DNA of 64,000 nt from an uncultured Bacilli bacterium (GTDB lineage: Bacteria > Bacillota_I > Bacilli_A > RF39 > UBA660). Below, one piece after another: positions 38,839-47,643 of this stretch. The notes beneath the pieces were generated by a model that was not told the origin of the DNA, made no database searches, and worked only from the letters and a program-made list of their open reading frames with translations. Position numbers and translations under genes: made by a program. The DNA is taken from positions 2,535 to 66,534 of the forward strand of contig CAWVIV010000006.1 of NCBI GenBank assembly GCA_963929435.1, read 5' to 3'. The first letter of the stretch is position 1, and every line of letters begins with the position of its first letter.

Positions 38839-41463
38839 TTAAGACTTATAATTAATTACGGCTTGGGCAGCAGCAAGTCTTGCAACAGGTACTCTAAATG
38901 GACTACAAGAAACATAATTAAGTCCAACTTTTTGACAGAAAGCTATACTCTTAGGATCTCCTCCATGCTCTCCACAAATACCTAATTTAATATCACTTCT
39001 TGTACTTCTACCAAGTTCTGCAGCCATTTTTACTAACTTACCAACACCAACAGTATCTAAGCTTGCGAAAGGATCATTTGTAAAGATTTTTTTATCATAG
39101 TAATCTTTTAAGAATTTAGAAGCATCATCTCTTGAAAATCCATAAGTCATTTGTGTTAAGTCATTAGTACCAAAACTAAAGAACTCTGCTTCTGTTGCAA
39201 TTTGGTCTGCTAAAAGAGCAGCACGAGGTATTTCTATCATTGTACCTACTTTATATGTTAGACTGCTATCACTATCTGCAAGAATATTATCAGCAGTAGT
39301 AGTTACTATATTCTTAACATATTTTAATTCATTAACATCACCTACTAAAGGTATCATAATCTCAGGTGTTACTTTAATACCCTCTTTTTCTACTTCTAAA
39401 GCAGCAGTTATAACGGCTTTTGTTTGCATGACAGCAATTTCAGGATAAGTAACAGCAAGACGGCATCCACGATGACCCATCATTGGATTAAATTCTTTTA
39501 GTGACTCTACTTTATTCTTTAAAGCAACAAAATCCATATCTAAGTCTTTGGCAAGAGCTTTAATCTCATCATCAGTATGAGGTAAGAACTCATGTAGTGG
39601 TGGATCTAAAAATCTAATAGTAACTTCATAACCATCCATTACTTTAAATAATGCTTTAAAATCATCTTTTTGATAAGGTAATATAGCATCAAGTGCTTCT
39701 TCACGTTTTTCTTTAGTTGGTGCAACTATCATCTTTCTAAAGTTAAATATTCTTTCACTATCAAAGAACATATGCTCTGTACGACAAAGTCCAATACCTT
39801 TAGCCCCGAAGTCTCTTGCAACTTTAGCATCCCTTGGATTATCAGCATTAGTTCTAACCTCTAGGTCTGCTACTTCATCAGCCCAGTTCATGAATGTTTC
39901 AAAGTTACCACTAATAGATGCAGGAACTGTCTTTATCTCTTCTCCATAAACATTACCAGTTGAACCATCTAAACTAAGGTAATCACCTTCTTTAAAGACT
40001 TTACCATCTTTAGTAGTTAAAGTTTTCTTATTAACATCAACTACGACATCAGAACAACCTGATACACAACAAGTACCCATACCACGAGCGACAACGGCAG
40101 CATGTGATGTCATTCCACCTCTAACAGTTAAAATACCACGAGCGATATTCATACCTTCAATATCTTCTGGAGATGTTTCTTCTCTTGCTAATATTATATC
40201 TTCTACACCATTTTCATGAGCTTTCATAACATCATCAGCACTAAAGTATAAATGTCCAGTTGCTGCTCCAGGAGAAGCTGCTAAACCTTTACCAATAACT
40301 TTTGCCTTACTTAAGGCATCTTTATCAAAAGCAGGATGAAGTAATTGTTCTAATTGTTTAGGTTCAACTCTCATTAATGCCTCTTCTTTAGTAATTTTAC
40401 CTTCATTAACAAGTTCTACCGCAATTCTAAGGGCAGCTTCTGCCGTTCTTTTTCCACTTCTAGTCTGAAGCATAAATAACTTACCATTTTCTATCGTAAA
40501 CTCCATATCTTGCATATCTTTATAATGGTCTTCTAGAGTTTTACATATCTTAACAAATTCCTCGTAACATTCAGGCATAACTTCTTTTAATGTCTCAATA
40601 GACTGTGGTGTTCTAATACCTGCAACTACATCTTCTCCTTGAGCATTTATTAAATACTCTCCATATAACTTAGCTTCCCCAGTAGCAGGATTTCTAGTGA
40701 AGGCAACACCTGTTCCACTATTTTCACCCATATTACCATAAACCATCTCTTGAACATTAACAGCAGTACCCCAGTCTCCTGGAATATCATTAAGACGTCT
40801 ATAAGTAATCGCCCTATCATTATTCCAACTTCTAAATACAGCTTTAACCGCTTCAATTAATTGTACTTTAGCATCTTGTGGGAACTCCTCCCCTGCATGT
40901 TTTTTATATTCATTCTTATATCTATCTACAACTTCAACTAAGTCCTCTGCCGTTAAATCAGTATCAAGTTCTACTTTCTTTTCTTTCTTAATATCTTCAA
41001 ATAAATATTCAAAAGAACTCTTTGGAAAGCCCATAACTACATCCGCAAACATTTGAATAAAACGACGATAACAGTCATAAGCAAATCTCTTGTTATCAGT
41101 AAGTTTTGCAAGTGTTTCTACAACTTCATCATTCATACCAAGATTAAGAATTGTATCCATCATTCCTGGCATAGAACTTCTCGCTCCACTTCTAACTGAT
41201 ACTAGTAATGGATTTTTATCATCCCCCATTTTCTTACCAGTTACCTTTTCAAGATTAGCTAGTTCTTTAAAGATTTCTTCTTTAATATCATCACTAATCT
41301 CTTCATTATCTTTATAGTATTTTAAGCAAGCTTCAGTTGTTACTGTAAATCCACGAGGTACAGGTAAACCAATTCTTGTCATCTCAGCAAGATTAGCACC
41401 TTTTCCTCCTAACAACTCCTTCATATCCTTATTGCCTTCACTAAAGGCATAAACATATTTCAT
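38839..41463 (-). CDS. ppdK: Pyruvate, phosphate dikinase
   Basis: GGKGANLAEM, LVSVRSGA, SMPGMMDTILNLG, RGGMTSHAAVVARG, GIGLCRTEHM, GTNDLTQ, GICGEHGG. Confidence 0.98.
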   Translation of the reverse strand: MKYVYAFSEGNKDMKELLGGKGANLAEMTRIGLPVPRGFTVTTEACLKYYKDNEEISDDIKEEIFKELANLEKVTGKKMGDDKNPLLVSVRSGARSSMPGMMDTILNLGMNDEVVETLAKLTDNKRFAYDCYRRFIQMFADVVMGFPKSSFEYLFEDIKKEKKVELDTDLTAEDLVEVVDRYKNEYKKHAGEEFPQDAKVQLIEAVKAVFRSWNNDRAITYRRLNDIPGDWGTAVNVQEMVYGNMGENSGTGVAFTRNPATGEAKLYGEYLINAQGEDVVAGIRTPQSIETLKEVMPECYEEFVKICKTLEDHYKDMQDMEFTIENGKLFMLQTRSGKRTAEAALRIAVELVNEGKITKEEALMRVEPKQLEQLLHPAFDKDALSKAKVIGKGLAASPGAATGHLYFSADDVMKAHENGVEDIILAREETSPEDIEGMNIARGILTVRGGMTSHAAVVARGMGTCCVSGCSDVVVDVNKKTLTTKDGKVFKEGDYLSLDGSTGNVYGEEIKTVPASISGNFETFMNWADEVADLEVRTNADNPRDAKVARDFGAKGIGLCRTEHMFFDSERIFNFRKMIVAPTKEKREEALDAILPYQKDDFKALFKVMDGYEVTIRFLDPPLHEFLPHTDDEIKALAKDLDMDFVALKNKVESLKEFNPMMGHRGCRLAVTYPEIAVMQTKAVITAALEVEKEGIKVTPEIMIPLVGDVNELKYVKNIVTTTADNILADSDSSLTYKVGTMIEIPRAALLADQIATEAEFFSFGTNDLTQMTYGFSRDDASKFLKDYYDKKIFTNDPFASLDTVGVGKLVKMAAELGRSTRSDIKLGICGEHGGDPKSIAFCQKVGLNYVSCSPFRVPVARLAAAQAVINYKS

Positions 41464-41587
41464 TAAATCACTATCCTTTCGCTATACTTAAAGTATATCA
41501 AAGTTAATTTGTTTTTAAAAGAAATTTATTTATTAATTGTTATCAAAAAAACGACATGTTATACTAATAGCAAAGGAAGTGTTTTAA

Positions 41588-42286
41588 GTGAAGAAGAAAA
41601 GAATTTTATTAAAACTTAGTGGAGAGGCTTTAAGTGGTTCTAAAGATAATGGTATTGACTTTGAAAGAGTAATAGAAATTGCTAAAGAAGTTAAAGAGTG
41701 TCTTGATATGGGCTTTTCTATTGCCATAGTTGTAGGCGGAGGAAACTTTTGGCGAGGTAAAGCGAATGATTTTATGGAACGTCAAACCTCTGATTATATA
41801 GGTATGCTTGCAACTACTATGAATGCTCTAGCCTTACAAGATGCTTTTAGACAAATAGATATTCCAGTTAGAGTTGAAACTGCTATTGAAATGCGTAAGG
41901 TTGCCGAGTTCTACATTCGTGAGAAGTGCGAGAAACATCTAGAAAAAGGAAGAGTTGTAATATTTGGTTGTGGTACAGGTAACCCTTTCTTTTCAACAGA
42001 TACTGCAGCAGCTTTAAGCGCAGCAGAAATTAATGCCGATATCTTGGTGAAAGCAACTAATGTAGATGGTATTTATGATAAAGACCCTAAAAAATATAAA
42101 GATGCTAAATTAATTAAGGAAACAACTTATAATGAAGTGTTAAATAAAAAGTTAAAAGTAATGGACTTAACAGCAATTACTCTATGTATGGAAGAGTCTA
42201 TTCCTATAATTGTCTTTAATATAAATAAACCTGGCATGTTAAAACAAGCTCTTATTACTGATGATATAGGTTCTATTGTAAAGTAG
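41588..42286 (+). CDS. pyrH: UMP kinase
   Basis: KRILLKLSGEAL, VVGGGNFWRG, DYIGMLAT, GTGNPFFSTD, KVMDLTA. Confidence 0.97.
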   Translation: MKKKRILLKLSGEALSGSKDNGIDFERVIEIAKEVKECLDMGFSIAIVVGGGNFWRGKANDFMERQTSDYIGMLATTMNALALQDAFRQIDIPVRVETAIEMRKVAEFYIREKCEKHLEKGRVVIFGCGTGNPFFSTDTAAALSAAEINADILVKATNVDGIYDKDPKKYKDAKLIKETTYNEVLNKKLKVMDLTAITLCMEESIPIIVFNINKPGMLKQALITDDIGSIVK

Positions 42287-42293
42287 GTGTATT

Positions 42294-43901
42294 ATGTATC
42301 CATTTAAAATACTTAATAAGAAGAAATATTCTTTATACTTTCTTAATGCTTTCGTAGAAAACATTTGTATCTATATCATGCCAGTCATAATATCTATATG
42401 TTTAACTACTCCGTTTACTTTAAATAAATTTAAAATATTAATTATATTAACCATTACTCTTAAAACTTTGGAAATAATATTCAATTCTATTTGGAATATA
42501 AAAGCAGTATACTTTTTAGAAGAAACAAAAAAAGATTTACAACTTGCCTATTTTAGAAGAATATGTAATATGAACATTACAAAACTTAATAATATTCATA
42601 CTGGTTTTTTAAAGAAACAAATAGACATAGTCAGCGATGAAACACATTAACTCTATTAGATGAATTTAATGACGACAATCAATGGGTTTGTCATTGCAAT
42701 CTACTATATTTTCTAATACAAGTCTTTACACAAAGTAAACTTGTATTTTGATTATCTGTATTAGTATTTATAATCTTAATAGTAATATATAACATAGTCA
42801 TTACTAAATCAAATGTCCTAGCATTCAAGGGGATTATAACGATAAAAATGCCAAATACAATGCTATTAGTGTTGACTTCCTAGAAAATGTCAAAGTAGTA
42901 AAAAACTATGATGCCCTTAATCATGTTTGCAACTAAGCGAATTAATAAAGCAGTTTCGACCTTAGTAAGGAAGCCATTAAAGAAAGTTAATATCTGTTGG
43001 TAGATCCTTGAGAGTTTGATGGGAACAAGTGCCTTAATATTCATACTATGTATGCAATACTTATTAATCAGTTTATTTATTCAAGTATGCAAAATGGTGA
43101 TGAATGTATTCAGTTATGTAGTTGTTTTCTAACTCTACAATGTTTACTGGTCTAAATACAGAATTAAGAGGAGTCGGTAATCTATTCGCTCATCTTAATA
43201 AATTTAAATCTGCTAATAATCAGATAGAAAAAGTTTTAACCAAGGAAGAAAAACAATCTAAGTTTAGAAACTTTAATAGTATTACTTTAAAAGATATAGA
43301 GTTTAAATATAATAAGAAAAGCAAAAACGTTATAAAGATTCCTTATTTCTCAATAAATAAAAAAGATAAAGTAAGTATTATGGGAGAATCTGGTCAAGGT
43401 AAATCTACTTTCCTTAATCTATTCTGTAGGTTTTATAAGATAGATGATAATAAATATTTAGTTAATGGTAAAGAAAGTAATAAAGCTCCAGATGTCGCTT
43501 ATATTTCTCAAGAAACAGACCTCTTTGATTTATCTATTAGAGATAATCTCTTACTAGGTAAAAATATAAGTGATAAGAAATTAAATGAATATCTAAACCA
43601 AGCAGGACTTCTTGATTGGATTAATAGTCTAGAACATGGTCTTGATACTATAGTTGGTGAAAAAGGTATAAGACTATCTACTGGTCAAAAACAAAGATTA
43701 AATATTATTAGAGGAATTCTTTTAGATAAAGAAATATACATTTTAGATGAACCAACTTCTAATTTAGATATTTTATCTGAAGAAAAGATTTATGATATGA
43801 TAAATAAGTATTTAAATGATAAAACTCTAATTATCGTAACTCATAGACCTAAATTAAAAATATCTGTAATAAACATTATTATTTTAAAGATAAAGAAATG
43901 A
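42294..43901 (+). pseudogene. ABC exporter (TM + ATPase fusion) broken by several frameshifts at ~42640-43120
   Basis: Fragments 42294-42650 (TM helices) and 43122-43901 (GESGQGKST, LSTGQKQR, ILDEPTSNLD). The region between has scrambled frames. Confidence 0.75.
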
Positions 43902-43928
43902 TTTTAGAAGATTAAAGACCCTAATATA

Positions 43929-44312
43929 TCAATTATTAAGGTCTTCTTTACTTTTTAATTTATCTATTTTCTTTTTCGATAACGGATAAAAAGTAGAAAC
44001 AAAATATTCTTTTTTATCTAGTCTAACTACTACACATACGTATTGATCTACTTTTCCATAATACTTAAGACTATTTCGCTTTTCATCATATTCTACATAA
44101 TAAGGACTAGAAATAATTTTATCTATATTCATTAAAGTATTATGATAACTATCTAATGTGATGAAATCGTTAGCATGTTTATTAGTATGAATGTCCAATT
44201 TATTTGATTGTACTATTTCTTTTGAAACTACTTTTTCTATATTAAAACATTTTATAATATTTTCATCTAAATATCCAATTATTTTTGAAGTAAAATTTTT
44301 ATTTCTAGCCAT
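43929..44312 (-). CDS. PBECR/BECR-fold ribonuclease-like protein
   Basis: 127 aa from ATG 44312 after AGGAGG. IIGYL, H..KH, I..IISSPYYV, NSL.YY, VCVVVRLD, YFVSTFY resemble PBECR-type nucleases (from memory). Confidence 0.55.
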   Translation of the reverse strand: MARNKNFTSKIIGYLDENIIKCFNIEKVVSKEIVQSNKLDIHTNKHANDFITLDSYHNTLMNIDKIISSPYYVEYDEKRNSLKYYGKVDQYVCVVVRLDKKEYFVSTFYPLSKKKIDKLKSKEDLNN

Positions 44313-44337
44313 TAACAAACCCTCCTGTAAATTAATA

Positions 44338-44487
44338 GAGCCCACATTCAAAGAATGTAGGCTCAAGAGTAACATGGTAGGTCTCCCAGTCCCTACTTGT
44401 ATTCTTTCAGGATACAACCTTACTCAAACTTACTAGTAAATAGTAAGCGTCAGTGCAAGAAGATAATTTACACCCTCAATGTTACTC
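44338..44487 (-). ncRNA. Unidentified structured RNA leader: closed multibranch domain plus terminator-like hairpin
   Basis: P1 GAGTAACAT/ATGTTACTC (44487-44479 with 44375-44367) encloses four hairpins. A 12-bp hairpin at 44338-44364 follows. Confidence 0.55.
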
Positions 44488-44578
44488 AAATATAATATAC
44501 AATGCTCATATAAATAATAATGTCAAAATATGCATTGTAATTATCTCTTTTGAGGACTAACCTCGAGATGTATGAATT

Positions 44579-44607
44579 ATTATAAATCATACTTTATAAG
44601 AAGTCAA
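44579..44607 (-). promoter_or_regulatory. Sigma-A-type promoter facing the RNA leader and RNase gene
   Basis: TTGACT (44607-44602), 17 nt, TATAAT (44584-44579). Confidence 0.65.
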
Positions 44608-44709
44608 TACAAAATTAACTTTCTTATACTTAATATTTTAACATATAAAACTCATCACTATAATATTTTTTTTATATTTTACACTAAAATTGTAAAATTT
44701 TAAGTAAAA

Positions 44710-45594
44710 TTATATCTTATAAACTTTATTTTTACCCTGTCTTATTCTCTGAAACTGTTCTTTTAAAGTACTCTTAGTATAAAATACCGCCCCTTTTAAA
44801 TCAACTTCATCGTCTAAAAACTCATAGTGTCTCTTATTACTTTCCCATACACTTTCATGCTTTTCTATAAAATCATTATTAAGATAATCAGTATTTAGAC
44901 TATAAATATTTCTAACTTTTCCTCTATCTTGAAGCATCTTTTCAAAATAATAAGAAAATTTATCTAAGTCATAATCTCCACCATGCAAGTGATAAATATC
45001 ATAGAAGTCTTTTGTTCTTGTATTTAAAACATCTGTCTTAGTAGACTCAGCGATAATACATAATTTTTCTGCTAAAGTCTCCTCCATAGAAGGTACTACT
45101 ACTTCATATTCTTCATCTTTTGAAAATATTTTAGGTACTAATTTTAATTGTTTCTCATAAATACAAGGATGATTTTCTCTATAATCAATACCTATTGGAT
45201 GATTAATCTTTCCATATTTAGCAGCGATTGGAAACTTAATGATACCTGTATTAGTTCTTCTAGGAATACCTCTTAAAATATAATCAAAATCATTATCCCC
45301 CTCTTTATCGCACATAGCATTTACTAAAAGTATTAAAGGGTCATGGTGGTCTATTGTACTAGTTAAATCTATATCGGTAATTGGTCTAACTATTTTACCT
45401 AAATGTACCGCTTGAGCAAAACTTCCTTTAACTATTATATCCATACTTTTATCTATTTTACTTAAACGATAGAGTAAATCTCTTGAAAAGAAAGTGTTAT
45501 AAACATTAGTTATACTAATATTAAGCCTTTTAGATTCTTTATTTAAATATGACTTTAAGCTATCACAATTCTTGAATTTCTTCATTAGAACCAT
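44710..45594 (-). CDS. AbiEii/AbiGii-family nucleotidyltransferase toxin-like protein
   Basis: LLYRLS, IIVKGS...RPITDIDL (G[GS]...DxD), EETLAEKL, TRTKDFYDIY. Confidence 0.8.
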   Translation of the reverse strand: MVLMKKFKNCDSLKSYLNKESKRLNISITNVYNTFFSRDLLYRLSKIDKSMDIIVKGSFAQAVHLGKIVRPITDIDLTSTIDHHDPLILLVNAMCDKEGDNDFDYILRGIPRRTNTGIIKFPIAAKYGKINHPIGIDYRENHPCIYEKQLKLVPKIFSKDEEYEVVVPSMEETLAEKLCIIAESTKTDVLNTRTKDFYDIYHLHGGDYDLDKFSYYFEKMLQDRGKVRNIYSLNTDYLNNDFIEKHESVWESNKRHYEFLDDEVDLKGAVFYTKSTLKEQFQRIRQGKNKVYKI

Positions 45595-45706
45595 CCCCCT
45601 TTAGATGGCTAAATTATACCATAATGTATACCAAAAGTCAAAATTACTAATTGTATTTTCCCTGTTTTTCCATTATAATATAAGATATTTAGAAAGAAGT
45701 GGTAAT

Positions 45707-46102
45707 ATGTTTTTTATATGTATGTTAATGCCTGCTAGTATTTCTATTCTTATAGAAAAAAGAATAGACAAAACTAACAAGAGTACAAGTGATTTAATAT
45801 TAAAGTATTTACTTTATACTTTTCTAATTACAACGGTTATGAATACTTTTGTATATATCTTTAGTAGTGAAAAGATGTTTCATTACGCTGAATATACATT
45901 TAGTTATGACTTTTGTTTAAAATATATGTGGCTTAGCTTAGTAGTTGCTGTTATCTTACCATATATATTAAAAGTAATAAGTACTAATGTTGATATTAAA
46001 TTAGAGTCAAAAGAGAAAAAAGATACCAAGAAAGATAAAGCAGTAAAAAGTGTTAAAAAGAATAAAGAAGTTAAAAAAAGAAAAAATAATAAGAGCAATT
46101 AA
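45707..46102 (+). CDS. Small membrane protein with Lys-rich tail
   Basis: Three hydrophobic segments; ATG 45707 after GAAAGAAG; overlaps the next gene. Confidence 0.65.
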   Translation: MFFICMLMPASISILIEKRIDKTNKSTSDLILKYLLYTFLITTVMNTFVYIFSSEKMFHYAEYTFSYDFCLKYMWLSLVVAVILPYILKVISTNVDIKLESKEKKDTKKDKAVKSVKKNKEVKKRKNNKSN

Positions 46103-47618
46103 ATGGATATTAGCTTTTCTCTTAATCTTTTTAGCTCTCATTATTATCTTTAGTACGCACTGGTCTTTAATTAATTTTCAGTTTAATAATTTTGACCAAA
46201 TATTATTTACATTAACTAGTTCAGTAGCATCTGCTAGTAATGATTTAATAGAAGAATTTATTAAAGAAAATGTTTTAATACCTCTTATTATTACTATTGT
46301 AATCATAGTGATTGTTATAGTCTTTAAACATTTATTTAAACATCTAGAGGCATACATTACTATTAAAATTAGAAGTAAGTCTTTTAAACTAAATTTTTAT
46401 AATGTTATTAAATATATGCTTTTACTCAGCTTAGTAAGCTATTCCATTTATTATGCTTTAAGTAACCTATATATAATTGACTATATTAAGTATAGTTATA
46501 TAGAATCTAACTTCTTAGAAGTAAATTATGTAGAACCAGAAGAAGTTAAATTAGAATGGCCTGACGAAAAAAGAAACTTAATTTATATTTTTCTAGAATC
46601 AATGGAATCTACTTATGCTGATAAAGAAAACGGTGGGGCTTATGATATTAATTACATACCCGAATTAACAGAACTTGCTAAAGATAATATTAATTTTTCT
46701 TCTAATAATTTAGTTGGTGGTGCTCATATGGGATATAATGCCTCATGGACAATGGCTGCTATGGTAGCACATACTGCAGGTATTCCTTTAAAAACTATTT
46801 TTAATCAAGATGATGTAAGTACTTATGAAGCAGGTACTACTCTTCCAGGGGCATATTCTATAGGAGACATACTAAAAGATGCAGGATATAGGCAGTATAT
46901 TATGGTAGGATCTGATTTAACCTTTGGCGGAAGAAGAAATTATTTTAAAAATCACGGTGACTATACTATGTATGATTATTATACGGCAATAGATGATGGA
47001 ATAATTGATGAAGATTACTATGTATTTTGGGGTTATGAAGATGCCAAGTTATTTGACTATGCTAAAGAAGAATTAACAAAAATATCTAAAAGCGATGAAC
47101 CATTTAATTTCACAATGCTAACTGTTGATACTCATTTTGAAGATGGATATTTAGATGATTCTTGCAAAGATATATATGATAATCATTATTTAACATCTAT
47201 TGATTGTTCTAGTGAAAAATTAGATGATTTTGTTAATTGGATTAAAGAACAAGACTTTTATGAAAATACTACTGTTATACTAGTAGGAGACCACCTTAGT
47301 ATGAATACCTATTCTTTTGATAACATAGATCCAAGTTATCAAAGAGGCGTTTATAATGTTTTTATAAATTCAGCAGTTGATACTGATTGTAATAAGAATA
47401 GAAACTTTACAACCTTTGATTATTACCCTACTACCCTAGCAGCTTTAGGAGTTAAAATTGATGGTGAAAGACTAGGGTTAGGAACTAATTTATTTAGTTG
47501 TAAAGAAACATTATCAGAAGAATATGGTAATGATTATATTGATGAAAGACTTATGGAAAAATCTCTTTATTATGATGCCTGTATTGGAAAAAAATGTGAT
47601 ATTAAAAAGGATAAGTAA
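46050..47618 (+). CDS. LTA synthase/MdoB-like phosphoglycerol transferase (sulfatase superfamily)
   Basis: N-terminal TMs, IFLESME, catalytic Thr in SWTMAA, TVDTH, VGDH. Confidence 0.82.
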   Translation: MLKRIKKLKKEKIIRAIKWILAFLLIFLALIIIFSTHWSLINFQFNNFDQILFTLTSSVASASNDLIEEFIKENVLIPLIITIVIIVIVIVFKHLFKHLEAYITIKIRSKSFKLNFYNVIKYMLLLSLVSYSIYYALSNLYIIDYIKYSYIESNFLEVNYVEPEEVKLEWPDEKRNLIYIFLESMESTYADKENGGAYDINYIPELTELAKDNINFSSNNLVGGAHMGYNASWTMAAMVAHTAGIPLKTIFNQDDVSTYEAGTTLPGAYSIGDILKDAGYRQYIMVGSDLTFGGRRNYFKNHGDYTMYDYYTAIDDGIIDEDYYVFWGYEDAKLFDYAKEELTKISKSDEPFNFTMLTVDTHFEDGYLDDSCKDIYDNHYLTSIDCSSEKLDDFVNWIKEQDFYENTTVILVGDHLSMNTYSFDNIDPSYQRGVYNVFINSAVDTDCNKNRNFTTFDYYPTTLAALGVKIDGERLGLGTNLFSCKETLSEEYGNDYIDERLMEKSLYYDACIGKKCDIKKDK

Positions 47619-47643
47619 TGTTAATAATTACCTATCCTTTATT

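Noticed and set aside
44429-44460. Pistol-ribozyme-like words (TAAATAG, TAAGCGT, GTGCAA) on the plus strand
   Set aside because: No room for the P2 strand or the pseudoknot between the words, so the match is likely coincidental.
44367-44487. TPP, lysine or yybP-ykoY riboswitch, or 6S RNA
   Set aside because: Only isolated words match (GGGTG, CCTGA, GTAGGGA, GAGACC). Required core elements and lengths do not fit by eye, and the downstream gene is not a matching metabolic gene. An Rfam scan is still needed.
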